The notes under the pieces were generated by a model that did no database searches, was not told the DNA's origin, and was given only the letters and a program-made list of their open reading frames with translations. A stretch of DNA of 64,000 nt. Origin: Candidatus Poribacteria bacterium (GTDB taxonomy: Bacteria; Poribacteria; WGA-4E; WGA-3G). Location: positions 1,248,001-1,312,000 of the forward strand of contig OZ243938.1 of the NCBI GenBank assembly GCA_965214095.1. Direction: 5' to 3'. Shown here piece by piece: positions 18,498-28,539 of this stretch (its first letter is position 1; every line of letters begins with the position of its first letter). The translations under genes were made by a program, and so were the position numbers.

Positions 18498-21400
18498 TCA
18501 ATTGACAAGAATCTCATTGAAAAGTGTACGCGTTTTTTCTGTCCACTTACCATAGTCCTGTAGGAATGCCTCAACGATTGACGAATCTTCAGTTTCCTCA
18601 TATCCGAGTCTACGTGCTAATTGTGCCAATTCCGAGCGATTGGTAGGTAATGAATCTAATGTCCGGTCATGAACTATCCTTAAAGCATTTTCGACACTTC
18701 TTAGATATTGATATGACTCAGATAAACCTTCACGTTGTGTTTCTGTTAGAACTCCGATTCCAAGCAGTTTATCAATCGCCATGAGTGTATTTGGGACTCG
18801 TATTGATTTGTGCTCAGTTCCATGTATGAGTTGAAGCGTTTGCACTGCAAATTCAATATCAACCAACCCGCCGTAACCGGATTTTACATTTGCAGTAGAC
18901 CTTTGCCCTTTTCCACTACGTCTGCGCCGAGACTTTGTTTTCCGAGTAGCTTGGCTCTCTTTGCGTTGACGTGTGTGGACAATCTCTGATTTTTCTTCTG
19001 AAGTAATCGGGTGTGAATAGCAGAATGAATGTGCAATTTCCATATATCTGTTGCCTAATCCTTCAATATCTCCTGCGACAACTCGTGCGCGGGTGAGTGC
19101 TTGTCGTTCCCATATTTCCGCTGAATTATCGTAGTAATTTTGATAACCATCTAACGGTAATGCAATTGCACCGCCAGTACCGTAAGGACGGAGACGAAGA
19201 TCCAACTCGTATATGCTCATACCGTGATTCCCACTAAGTAGATTTACCAACTCTAAACCGAGTGAAGTGAAAAATTCGGAATTGGGCATCCCTTTTGATG
19301 TTTTACCATCTGCTGTGTAGACATACATAATATCTAAATCAGAACTGAAATTAAGGTCACGTCCTCCGAACTTGCCCATTGCAATGATAGCGAATGTTAC
19401 AGGTGTTCCATCATTGTTGATTGGTGTGCCGTGTTCCTTACGTAGTTGAATGTCAATTTGACGGTATATCCCTTGTAGAATTGCTTCAGCTAAATCAGAG
19501 AGTTCCTCAGTTGTTGTAGGTAGGTCTGCTTTACCGAGAATGTTTCGCAAGGCAATTCGCCAAATCTCATCATTCTTGTATTGTCTAATTAAATTCAATA
19601 CTTGTGATTCGGTAGTGTTCTCTAGGATCTGGCTTACCTCTTCATGTTTTTGAGCAAGCGTTTTCGGAAATTCAGTGAAAGTCGGTACTGTCAGAAAGTC
19701 AAACAGTTCTGGACTTGTAATCAAAAGATCTGCCAAGTAAAGGCTTGAACCACAGACCGTTGTTATGGCTTCAAGTGCTCCCTGTCTCTCCATAAACATG
19801 GTGTAGTAACTACTTCGTGCACCAACCTTTGCAGCGAATGCTTCAAAGTACCGTAATGCCATGTCTGGGTCGGGTGCCTCACTGATACATTTCAATAGAG
19901 ATGGAGCCAGTTTGAAGAACGTGCGTCTGACTGATGGAGAAAACTGTTGTCCTTCTGCACCGTTCGCAAGTTGACGGAGCAAGCGATGGGCATCGCGTAC
20001 ATTTTCAAAACCGAATCGTCCCAACTGTTGCTCTATCTGATCACTATCATCTTGGTTTAGCAGCACGGCTATATCCAATTGATCTGGGTCTGAAACATTC
20101 ATTACTTTCTCAAAGATGGCACGAACTTGACGAGTATGTTTCTTGTAATCTTGCTGAAATGCCTCAAGTGCCTCATCACGATATCCTAACATACGAGCAA
20201 GTTGCCTCGCTTCATCCGATTTTGCTGGAACAGAGTACCTTTGTTGATCCGATTCAATCTGTATGGCATTTTCCGTCCTTCGTAAAAAGCGATATGCATC
20301 GCATAATATATCTGCGTCTTCAGCTTCCAGTAATTTGTTTACATTTAATGCAGCAAGTGTTTCCAACGTATTCTGGGAACATAGAGACCTGTTTTTTCCA
20401 CCATGGATCATCTGTAGGCATTGGACAGTAAACTCAATATCACGAATGGCTCCCGGACCAAGTTTAACATGTTTTTCTATGTCAATTCTTTCTCCTAAAA
20501 GTCTCTCCTCTATACGTGCTTTTGTGTTGCGAATATCGGTCTTTATTTCATTGAGTGTAACTCCATCTAAATACCGTTGATATACAAAGGGTTGTATCAT
20601 TCGGATAAATTCTTCTCCGAAAGCTAAATCCCCTCCGACGGGCCGCGCTTTTATTAACGCTTGACGTTCCCATAGATCCCCCCAACCTTCATAGTAACTT
20701 TCGTAACTTTCCATAGAACGGATGATGACTCCTGCACTGCTCTCCGGTCGTAGACGGATGTCAACACGGAAGACATACCCTTCTGCTGTTACTTCACTCA
20801 TTGCTCTAATGATGAACTCACATAAACGTGCGTAGTATTCGCTATTATCTATGTCTTTGTCTGTTTTTCCTTCATCCGAATACACAAAGATTAGGTCAAT
20901 ATCAGAACTAAAATTAAGTTCATACCCACCCAGTTTACCCATTCCTATTACAGCGAATCGACAAGGAGATGTGCCATCTTCACTAAGTGGTGTGCCGTAT
21001 TTCGGTTTCATAATCTGGTTTGACCCGATTTCATAGCAATTTTGTAAAGCTGCTTCTGCTAAATTCGATAATTCCAATGTTGTAGTCTTGACATCTGTAT
21101 CCTGAAGAAGGTCACGTAATGCTATCCGTAGACTTTCGCGTCTCTTGTACCATCGGATGATTCGTAGTTTCTGCTCAACATCATTATATCTGTTGATTGA
21201 TGTTGCAAGTTCAGTATACATTGTATCTCGGGTTTTTGGTGTTCCCATTACGTTAGAATCAATAATGTCATAGAAATAGATTGGATTACGAATCAGTATG
21301 TCAGACAGATATGTGGATGCTCCGAAACTTAGCATGACCGGAGGTATCAAAAAGGGGGCATCTCGTAAGAGTTGATAAACACATCTGCGGTTGAATGTTG

Positions 21401-21647
21401 CATGTGCGAAACGAGAAAAGTTCTTCAATGCTGCTTCCGGATTTGGCGTATTTAGGCAGGATGTCAATAGAGAGATAGCGATTTCTTCAAAGCAGGACTG
21501 AATTTCGGTATTATCAGTGACAAGTTCTTGTAGACTTCGTAATATAGATTCATTGTCTATATTTCCCTGCTCTTTAGATGCCTTGGATAATAATTGCTGA
21601 ATTTCTTCTCTCTGACTTTGTGGTAGTGGCAGTTCTTCGTAATGCAT
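18498..21647 (-). CDS. glnE: Bifunctional glutamine synthetase adenylyltransferase/deadenylase
   Basis: Two nucleotidyltransferase domains (GMGKLGGYELNFSSDIDL; AMGKFGGRDLNFSSDLDI), D.RLRP, WERQAL, K.G.G...DIEF; start could be 21647-21659. Confidence 0.93.
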   Translation of the reverse strand: MHYEELPLPQSQREEIQQLLSKASKEQGNIDNESILRSLQELVTDNTEIQSCFEEIAISLLTSCLNTPNPEAALKNFSRFAHATFNRRCVYQLLRDAPFLIPPVMLSFGASTYLSDILIRNPIYFYDIIDSNVMGTPKTRDTMYTELATSINRYNDVEQKLRIIRWYKRRESLRIALRDLLQDTDVKTTTLELSNLAEAALQNCYEIGSNQIMKPKYGTPLSEDGTSPCRFAVIGMGKLGGYELNFSSDIDLIFVYSDEGKTDKDIDNSEYYARLCEFIIRAMSEVTAEGYVFRVDIRLRPESSAGVIIRSMESYESYYEGWGDLWERQALIKARPVGGDLAFGEEFIRMIQPFVYQRYLDGVTLNEIKTDIRNTKARIEERLLGERIDIEKHVKLGPGAIRDIEFTVQCLQMIHGGKNRSLCSQNTLETLAALNVNKLLEAEDADILCDAYRFLRRTENAIQIESDQQRYSVPAKSDEARQLARMLGYRDEALEAFQQDYKKHTRQVRAIFEKVMNVSDPDQLDIAVLLNQDDSDQIEQQLGRFGFENVRDAHRLLRQLANGAEGQQFSPSVRRTFFKLAPSLLKCISEAPDPDMALRYFEAFAAKVGARSSYYTMFMERQGALEAITTVCGSSLYLADLLITSPELFDFLTVPTFTEFPKTLAQKHEEVSQILENTTESQVLNLIRQYKNDEIWRIALRNILGKADLPTTTEELSDLAEAILQGIYRQIDIQLRKEHGTPINNDGTPVTFAIIAMGKFGGRDLNFSSDLDIMYVYTADGKTSKGMPNSEFFTSLGLELVNLLSGNHGMSIYELDLRLRPYGTGGAIALPLDGYQNYYDNSAEIWERQALTRARVVAGDIEGLGNRYMEIAHSFCYSHPITSEEKSEIVHTRQRKESQATRKTKSRRRRSGKGQRSTANVKSGYGGLVDIEFAVQTLQLIHGTEHKSIRVPNTLMAIDKLLGIGVLTETQREGLSESYQYLRSVENALRIVHDRTLDSLPTNRSELAQLARRLGYEETEDSSIVEAFLQDYGKWTEKTRTLFNEILVN

Positions 21648-21745
21648 CATCACTCCCAAAATAATACATGATTATTATTATCATACCAAAATATAGTTTG
21701 AATATAACATAAAATGATCAGGAAATCAACAGAATTTACACCTAA

Positions 21746-23200
21746 TCAATCCAAAGGAAACAAAGGTCTACGAACATTCTGATATGAAAAATGCAGTGGA
21801 TTCACTGCGGTCAGTCCGGGTGTATCCACTTCAATAATCTTTCCGGCAATAGGTTCGTAGGCAGCACGGTAGGCTATTGCAGCTTTCACAACAATCATAC
21901 GCATTTCCTTTGGATTGATACCCAGGTTCAACAACTGCTGCAGACTAAATGGGGTTTGTCGTCTACTTGTGAGGACAATTAATGAGTCATTTGCTTGGAC
22001 TACTGCTGTTAGTCCTTGATTGTGATATTTCTGTCCACCGTGACGTGGTTCTGTCTCTATAAAATGACCATCATGAAGTAAGCGAACTTCCCCTTGAATT
22101 GACACTGATTCGCCATGAAGATTGTCAGTTTTTCCTCCGACTATTAACGAGATTTCATTTCCGACTCCTGTCTGTACACAAGTTGCAACACTCTCAGGAT
22201 CACATAGCACAACAACATATCCAGATGCTTTTTGTCGTATCAATTCATCAAGAATGATTGTGCTATCACCCGGTGAACCGCCTCCTATGTTATCACCCAT
22301 TTCAACGAGTATCACAGGATGTTTTTGACTTTGTATCGCTTGCTGAACTGCCTCTGAAGTATCAGGTAGATTCAATGATAGTCGGTCTCGTATATTCCAC
22401 AACATATCCGAGAGCCGATTTGCTTCAGTCTGTGCAAGTTGTGGTTCATCGTCAGTTACAACTACGAAGGAAGGACCTATTTCGGACACATCTGCATACG
22501 GATATCCTGCTGCAACATTTGCGACAAGAATGTTCGCGTTGTTTTCCAATTGCTCTGCATTATTGATGATAGATAACATCGGTTCTGCGCTTGTGTTCTG
22601 ATATAGAATGTTAAGAATCATCGGTGGTTTGGCAAGTGCTTGGGTTGGCATGACATTTTCTTTTAGGATTCGTACCAATAATTCTCCTGCTTGGATGCCA
22701 CGTTCTCTTTGGTCAATATGCGGATTAGTCTTGTATATTACGAGAGCAGTTGATCTGTCAACCATCTGTTGTGATACATTTGCATGGTGGTCAAGGGTGA
22801 CAACGATGGGCAGCGACTCACCAAATGTCTCTCTCAACCGATGTAGCACTTCACCGTCACCATCAGGATAACTTTCAACTACCATAGCACCGTGTAAAGC
22901 CAACAATATCCCATCAATGTTTTCTATTGATTTTAGTTGTTGAATTAGGAGATCCGTTAGTTTTTCAAAGGCATCATCGGTTACTGGACCGGCTGGCGTG
23001 GCAGAAGCCATTACTGTAGGAATTGCAATAAGATCTTCTTTTTCTGTGCATTGTATAAAACCACCTATCTCGTGGTGTGTGTCTTTCCATGCAGAGATAA
23101 TATCTACTCCAATTGTCTGGGAAAATGCTTTAATGTCTGTAAGTGTTCTGCTAAACGTATTTGATTCATGCATTATTCCACCGAATGCAATTTTATACAT
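21746..23200 (-). CDS. M81 family metallopeptidase (MlrC-like)
   Basis: GGIMHESNTF, LALHGAM, DHHAN, YKTNPHID, DNIGGG.GD. Confidence 0.92.
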   Translation of the reverse strand: MYKIAFGGIMHESNTFSRTLTDIKAFSQTIGVDIISAWKDTHHEIGGFIQCTEKEDLIAIPTVMASATPAGPVTDDAFEKLTDLLIQQLKSIENIDGILLALHGAMVVESYPDGDGEVLHRLRETFGESLPIVVTLDHHANVSQQMVDRSTALVIYKTNPHIDQRERGIQAGELLVRILKENVMPTQALAKPPMILNILYQNTSAEPMLSIINNAEQLENNANILVANVAAGYPYADVSEIGPSFVVVTDDEPQLAQTEANRLSDMLWNIRDRLSLNLPDTSEAVQQAIQSQKHPVILVEMGDNIGGGSPGDSTIILDELIRQKASGYVVVLCDPESVATCVQTGVGNEISLIVGGKTDNLHGESVSIQGEVRLLHDGHFIETEPRHGGQKYHNQGLTAVVQANDSLIVLTSRRQTPFSLQQLLNLGINPKEMRMIVVKAAIAYRAAYEPIAGKIIEVDTPGLTAVNPLHFSYQNVRRPLFPLD

Positions 23201-23221
23201 GGCTGCTCCTTTAAGTTGAAA

Positions 23222-23323
23222 TATGATAGTTTTTAGGTTTATTTCTACATTTTGATGGATGAGGTCTGGAGACCTCGTCTGCCTTGGACGGTATGCGTCT
23301 TATTATTTTAGTTTTTCACCATA
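23222..23323. mobile_element. MITE-like element family C, copy 2 (reverse orientation, degenerate REP)
   Basis: Reverse complement starts TATGGTGAA and contains GCAGACGAGGTCTCCAGACCTCATCC; 102 bp versus 103 bp for copy 1. Confidence 0.5.
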
Positions 23324-23395
23324 GTTGTAAATTTAACCATCAAGAAACACTAATACATGTATCTTTTCTTCATATATTCACAATTTAAAAATGTC

Positions 23396-23425
23396 TTGAC
23401 GAAGAGCATATAAATAGTGTATCAT
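23396..23425 (+). promoter_or_regulatory. Sigma70-like promoter
   Basis: TTGACG-N18-TATCAT upstream of the HD gene. Confidence 0.45.
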
Positions 23426-23510
23426 TTAACACAGATTTTGACTTGTACTTATTGCGTCTGAACTGTTAAACCGACAATTGTCAATCTTAAATAGAGTCAC
23501 GAAAGAACGT

Positions 23511-24119
23511 ATGCATGACAATGGTGTCCGAAAGAACCGTATTGAAGAAGCAATAGAAGTTGCTGCACAGGAACACCACGGGCAATTTCGCAAAGGCACA
23601 GAAACGCCGTATATATCCCATCCGTATGCTGTTTGTCTGATATTGATGAACGAAGGATGTTCGGAGGAAGTTGTTATTGCAGGTCTTCTACACGATACAG
23701 TTGAAGATACTGACATGACTTTGGAGTGTATACAAAAGAGATTCGGACAAACTGTCGCTGAGATAGTTGATGGATGTTCGGAAGATAAATCCTTACGATG
23801 GCGTGAACGTAAGACAGAACGAATTGAAGCATTGAAGACTGCAAGTCCTGAAATTTGCCTTGTAACTTGTGCGGATAAAATTCACAATCTACGTACAGTG
23901 ATTTCTGAATATGAAGAAATCGGTGACATCGTTTGGGAACGTTTTCACGGTGGTGTTGAAGCACAAGCATGGTATTATCAAAGCATTTTAGACAGTTTGC
24001 ACACCCAGATAGAATCGGACCATAGTGCAAGCAATAATAAAGATATACAAAGACAATTCCAATCACTTTTTGAACAATTGCAACATGCATTAGTTTATCT
24101 TTTTGATGGAGAAGCATAA
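23511..24119 (+). CDS. HD domain protein, RelA/SpoT hydrolase-like (small alarmone hydrolase/Mesh1-like)
   Basis: H.GQFRKG..PYISHP, AGLLHDTVEDT, CADKIHNL, VWERF..QAWYY. Confidence 0.88.
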   Translation: MHDNGVRKNRIEEAIEVAAQEHHGQFRKGTETPYISHPYAVCLILMNEGCSEEVVIAGLLHDTVEDTDMTLECIQKRFGQTVAEIVDGCSEDKSLRWRERKTERIEALKTASPEICLVTCADKIHNLRTVISEYEEIGDIVWERFHGGVEAQAWYYQSILDSLHTQIESDHSASNNKDIQRQFQSLFEQLQHALVYLFDGEA

Positions 24120-24193
24120 AAACATACCGAGAGAAATTAGATTGAAGACAAATAAACAATACAATTTGAATCACATTATTGGATAATTAATTA

Positions 24194-25240
24194 ATGACCA
24201 AGAAAAAGGTACGACTCACAGCCACTGTCAAATGTGCTGGCTGAGCATCAAAACTTGCTCCGGGTGAGTTATCACAAATCTTAGACAGCCTTCCAAAATC
24301 CACAGACCCGAATCTGCTTGTAGGAACAGAGACATCTGATGACGCTGGAATTTATCGTATATCAGATGACATTGCACTTGTTAACACTGTGGATTATTTC
24401 ACACCTATCGTGGATGACCCATATACATTTGGTGCAATCGCAGCGACTAACTCACTCAGCGATGTTTATAGCATGGGTGGTGTACCGAAAACTGCGCTGA
24501 ATATCACATGTTGGCCCAAAGATGATCTTGATCTATCAATTCTGGGTGATATTGTCAGAGGCGGTGCAGATAAAGCTGCTGAATCTGGTGCAGCACTTGT
24601 TGGTGGACATACAGTGGATTCACCCGAACTCATGTATGGTCTTTCGGTAACAGGTGTCGTGCATCCTGATAAATATGTTAAAAACTACGGTGCAGGTCCC
24701 GGTGATGTACTTATCCTATCAAAGAATCTCGGTATTGGTATACTGACCACTGGATTGAAATTCAATAAAATAGGTGATGAAGTTCTACCACAAGTTGTTG
24801 AGTCCATGACACGTCTCAATGCCTCTGCGTCTAAGGTGATGTTAAAGTATGGTGCCACTGCTTGTACAGATGTCACGGGGTATGGTTTATTAGGACATGC
24901 GTCAGAAATGGCAGAAGGCAATAATATTCGTTTGCAGATAGATAGCAGTTCTGTTCCTTTCTTTGATGATGCACCGTCACTTGTTGCAAAGAAAACTTAT
25001 ACACAAGCATATCTTGCTAATACAAAGTTTCTTGCAGATAAGGTAACTTTCAAGCAATCCGTATCAGAAGAGATGCAACATATTTTGATGGAAGCTGAAA
25101 CTTCTGGTGGTTTGCTATTTGCTCTTCCTGCAGAACATGCAGCTGCTGCTGTCAAAGAACTTCGTGCTGCTGATTGTCCAGAAGCATCTGTAATCGGTAA
25201 AGTTGTTGACGCAGATGGCGCACATATAGAAGTGCATTAG
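24194..25240 (+). CDS. selD: Selenide, water dikinase SelD; selenoprotein with Sec at codon 17 (TGA 24242-24244)
   Basis: MTKKKVRLTATVKCAG-U-ASKLAPGELSQIL..LLVGTETSDDAGIY..VDYFTPIVDDPYTFG, continuous in frame with the 24389 ORF; also GGHT, TDVTGYGLLGH, ETSGGLL. Confidence 0.95.
24252..24270 (+). promoter_or_regulatory. Candidate SECIS hairpin
   Basis: AACUUGCU-CCG-GGUGAGUU stem-loop (with G-U pairs) starting 8 nt after the UGA. Confidence 0.5.
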
Positions 25241-25264
25241 TATGTCTTTCAAACGGTATCTTAT

Positions 25265-25786
25265 ATGACAAAAGCTGAGTTAGCACTGCAGATACGTGCA
25301 GTATCTTATCTTACAGGTGAATTCACTCTACGGTCTGGACAAGTAAGTAACTTTTATTGGGACAAATATAGATTTGAAAGTAACCCAGACCTCTTGGCTG
25401 CAATAGCCAGAGAGATGGTAAAATTGTTACCGAAGGAATATGACGGATTGGCAGGATTGGAATTAGGGGGAATCCCGCTGGTTACTGCAATTTCCTTGCA
25501 AACAGGTAGTTCTTGTTTTTATGTTCGTAAAGAAGCAAAACCCTATGGAACATGTAATCTGATAGAAGGAGGTGTGAAAGAGAAAAGCACACTGGTTGTT
25601 ATTGAAGATGTAATCACCACTGCGGGACAGGTATGTAGATCAATCGAACAGATCCGTGAAGAGGGACACACGGTGGAGCATGTGGTGTCAGTTATTGATC
25701 GGCAAGCAGGGGGAGAGGAGAAAATCAATACTTACGGTTGCTCTTTGGCATCCGTGTTTACACTTGCCGAATTAGAAGTAGTTTAA
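25265..25786 (+). CDS. pyrE: Orotate phosphoribosyltransferase
   Basis: GEFTLRSG..Y.DK, GLELGGIP, VRKEAKPYGT, VIEDVITTAG. Confidence 0.92.
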   Translation: MTKAELALQIRAVSYLTGEFTLRSGQVSNFYWDKYRFESNPDLLAAIAREMVKLLPKEYDGLAGLELGGIPLVTAISLQTGSSCFYVRKEAKPYGTCNLIEGGVKEKSTLVVIEDVITTAGQVCRSIEQIREEGHTVEHVVSVIDRQAGGEEKINTYGCSLASVFTLAELEVV

Positions 25787-25954
25787 CATCCATAGTATAA
25801 ATAATTGAACACATAATAGACAATCTGTTCAACTGTAAACTATAAATAACTTGTGCTGCTAAATAAGTTGTAAGCAAACACATTTCTAAAATACTACTTA
25901 AATGAGAAAGCACAAGCAACCGTAATAAAATACGAGAAATGTGAAGATATTAAA

Positions 25955-26752
25955 ATGAATATATTATTTATTGGTGATATTGTCGGCAACCCGGGGAGAA
26001 AAGTAGTAACTGAATATTTGAAACAAATAAATAAACCATCTGAAAACACTTATGACTTCATCGTTGTTAATGCGGAAAATGCTGCAGGCGGCAAAGGTCT
26101 AACCTTTGATATTGTTGACCAGTTGTTAGCCTCAGGAGTTTCTGCGATAACGACTGGTAACCATGTTTGGGCACAGAAGGAAATATTGGATTTCATTGAC
26201 ACAACTCCTCAATTGATTCGTCCAGCAAATTATCCGGTAGATGTCCCTGGTCGTGGTTACACAATAGTAGAATCTGCGGATGGAAATTCAAAACTTGGCG
26301 TAATCAATCTCGCTGGTCAGATTTTCATGAACAGATATACCAATCCGTTTCATGTGCTGAATTCGATTGTCCCAGAGATTAGAGCGGTAACACCTTATGT
26401 GCTTTTAGATTTTCATGCAGAAGCAACATCTGAAAAGATTGCGATGGGATGGCATGCGGATGGCAAGGTGAGTGCGGTAATTGGCACACATACTCATGTT
26501 CAAACAGCAGATGAGCGAGTTTTGCCTGAAGGAACTGCCTACATAAGTGATGTAGGCATGACTGGACCACACGACTCGGTTATCGGTAGTCGTAAAGAAC
26601 AGGTATTAGAGACTTTTCTGACATTGATGCCTGCACGTTTTGGCGTTGCTAAAGAAAATGTCAGGTTAAATGCTGTTAATATTGAGTTGAATGATGATAC
26701 TGGTTTAGCTGAAAACATAACGCGGATACAATTTCAGCTGCCAAACAGATAG
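25955..26752 (+). CDS. YmdB/TIGR00282 family metallophosphoesterase
   Basis: LFIGDIVG.PGR, NAENAAGG, TGNH, RPANYP, DFHAEATSEK, GTHTHVQTAD, DVGMTG. Confidence 0.93.
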   Translation: MNILFIGDIVGNPGRKVVTEYLKQINKPSENTYDFIVVNAENAAGGKGLTFDIVDQLLASGVSAITTGNHVWAQKEILDFIDTTPQLIRPANYPVDVPGRGYTIVESADGNSKLGVINLAGQIFMNRYTNPFHVLNSIVPEIRAVTPYVLLDFHAEATSEKIAMGWHADGKVSAVIGTHTHVQTADERVLPEGTAYISDVGMTGPHDSVIGSRKEQVLETFLTLMPARFGVAKENVRLNAVNIELNDDTGLAENITRIQFQLPNR

Positions 26753-26946
26753 TTTTGTCAATAGGCGATAATTATCCTTTGAATACGTGATTTAAACCAT
26801 TTCTGAAGAATAAGGTTCCATTGTGAAATTATAGGTTCACATTGATGTGAAGTATGTAAGATGCGCGTGAATTGCGTGACCTCAAACAGTCTATTTTTTT
26901 CATAGAGCGTATCTTATTTTTTCAAAATGGTTTTAGAAAGAGTCTT

Positions 26947-28167
26947 ATGCCATTAGATATTCCAATACCCCGCATTATTTTTAGTGTGTCACAGATCACA
27001 AAAACTATATCGCGGGCTATTGCGCAACAGCCGAAACTTCAAAATGTGTGGGTGAACGGACAGATATCCAACCTTGGAACACCGGCATCGGGACATATTT
27101 ATTTTACACTTAAAGATGAGAATAGTGCTATTCGGTGCGTTGTTTTTAAGAGTAGTGCGTCTCGTTTGAAGTTTACGTTAAGTGATGGAGATGAAGTTCT
27201 AGTACACGGGAAAGTCAATATCTATGCAGCAAGTAGTGGATATCAGATTATTATTGATAAGATTGAACCTATGGGTATTGGTGCACTTCAACGTGCCTAT
27301 GAGGAACTAAAACAGAGATTAACTGACGAAGGTTTATTTGATAGACATCATAAGAAATCTTTGCCTGCGTATCCAAAGAAAATAGGTGTGATCACATCCA
27401 AAACTGGTGCAGCAATCCAAGATATTTCCCAGCAGCTTCAAAAACGATTTCCTCTGTCTGAACTTCTCCTTTATCCTACCCTCGTTCAGGGGGAATATGC
27501 TGCTGCCCAGATTGTAAAGGCAATACAGGTTATGAATAATAGAACTGACATTGATGTTCTGATAGTTGGTAGAGGCGGTGGTTCAATAGAAGATTTATGG
27601 GCATTTAATGAAGAAAGAGTAGCACGAGCGATATTTGCATCGACCATCCCTATTATTTCTGCTGTAGGTCATGAGACAGATCTCACTATTGCTGACATGG
27701 TTGCAGATGAGCGAGCACCTACTCCGACTGCAGCTGTTGGTCTTGCTGTTCCTGATCAGCAAGAAATCTTGCCGCAGTTGCATGCTCAGAAAAACCGTTT
27801 AGAAAGCCTTGTACTGCATAGACTTGTAAGCCAACGTGATCAAGTTAATATGCTGGAAGAAGAACTTTCTCCTACAAAAAGAAGAGATGCAATTAATGCG
27901 TTGTCTCAATCTATAGATAGTATTGAAACGTCATTTCAAAAAACTGTAAGTGAAAGGATAAATGCCAAGAATGATTTGCTACATGCATTTGAAGCTCGGT
28001 TAAATGGGTTGAGTCCTTTAGCAACACTGAAACGAGGATATAGCATTACCAGAACATCTACAGGAGAAATCATCACGTCTAACAAACAGGCAAATGTTGG
28101 TGACAGACTTGATGTAACACTCTCTGATGGAAGTCTTGTATGTACCGTTGATGAACGGGTGGATTGA
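26947..28167 (+). CDS. xseA: Exodeoxyribonuclease VII large subunit
   Basis: SGHIYFTLKD, GVITSKTGAA, VQG, GRGGGSIEDLWAFNEE, SAVGHETD, TPTAA, LKRGYS. Confidence 0.95.
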   Translation: MPLDIPIPRIIFSVSQITKTISRAIAQQPKLQNVWVNGQISNLGTPASGHIYFTLKDENSAIRCVVFKSSASRLKFTLSDGDEVLVHGKVNIYAASSGYQIIIDKIEPMGIGALQRAYEELKQRLTDEGLFDRHHKKSLPAYPKKIGVITSKTGAAIQDISQQLQKRFPLSELLLYPTLVQGEYAAAQIVKAIQVMNNRTDIDVLIVGRGGGSIEDLWAFNEERVARAIFASTIPIISAVGHETDLTIADMVADERAPTPTAAVGLAVPDQQEILPQLHAQKNRLESLVLHRLVSQRDQVNMLEEELSPTKRRDAINALSQSIDSIETSFQKTVSERINAKNDLLHAFEARLNGLSPLATLKRGYSITRTSTGEIITSNKQANVGDRLDVTLSDGSLVCTVDERVD

Positions 28168-28196
28168 AGTTTTCTGTCGAAATAAGTCGATTGTAT

Positions 28197-28225
28197 GTCA
28201 GGTTTAGTTCCACAACCCGACCTAC
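28197..28225 (-). repeat. GTAG-type REP (same family as the 45329/45382 pair)
   Basis: Reverse complement GTAGGTCGGGTTGTGGAACTAAACCTGAC, 29 bp, between xseA and xseB. Confidence 0.65.
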
Positions 28226-28287
28226 AACAAATACCCATGTATGCATTTTGTCAGTAATTTTGCTCATGTTTTGAGAGGAGATATCGT

Positions 28288-28539
28288 TTGACATTTGAAG
28301 AGAAACTTGACAGATTAAAAGAGATTGTAGATATGTTAGAATCTCCAGAGACTTTGGAATTGGACACTTCTTTGTCACTTTTTGAGGAGGGAGTTGGATT
28401 AGTTCGTTCGTGTCGGAAACTCCTTGAAGAAGCCGAAGTCCGAGTTCAATTCATATCGCAAGATGAGAACAGCGTGAATGATGGGGAATCGTTATCCGAA
28501 AATGAAAACGGAGTATTTGATGGTTTTGAAGAAAATTAA
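28288..28539 (+). CDS. xseB: Exodeoxyribonuclease VII small subunit
   Basis: TFEEKLDRLKEIV..LDTSLSLFEEGVGL..C..LEEAE; RBS GAGGAG, TTG start. Confidence 0.92.
   Translation: MTFEEKLDRLKEIVDMLESPETLELDTSLSLFEEGVGLVRSCRKLLEEAEVRVQFISQDENSVNDGESLSENENGVFDGFEEN

Noticed and set aside
24389-25240. selD as a truncated gene or pseudogene starting at 24389
   Set aside because: The upstream frame encodes the conserved N terminus, and the only stop is a TGA at the catalytic Cys/Sec position.
25805-25916. Short inverted repeats (TTGAACA/TGTTCAA, CTTGTGCT/AGCACAAG) as an ncRNA
   Set aside because: 7-8 bp arms in AT-rich DNA with no recognisable RNA family.
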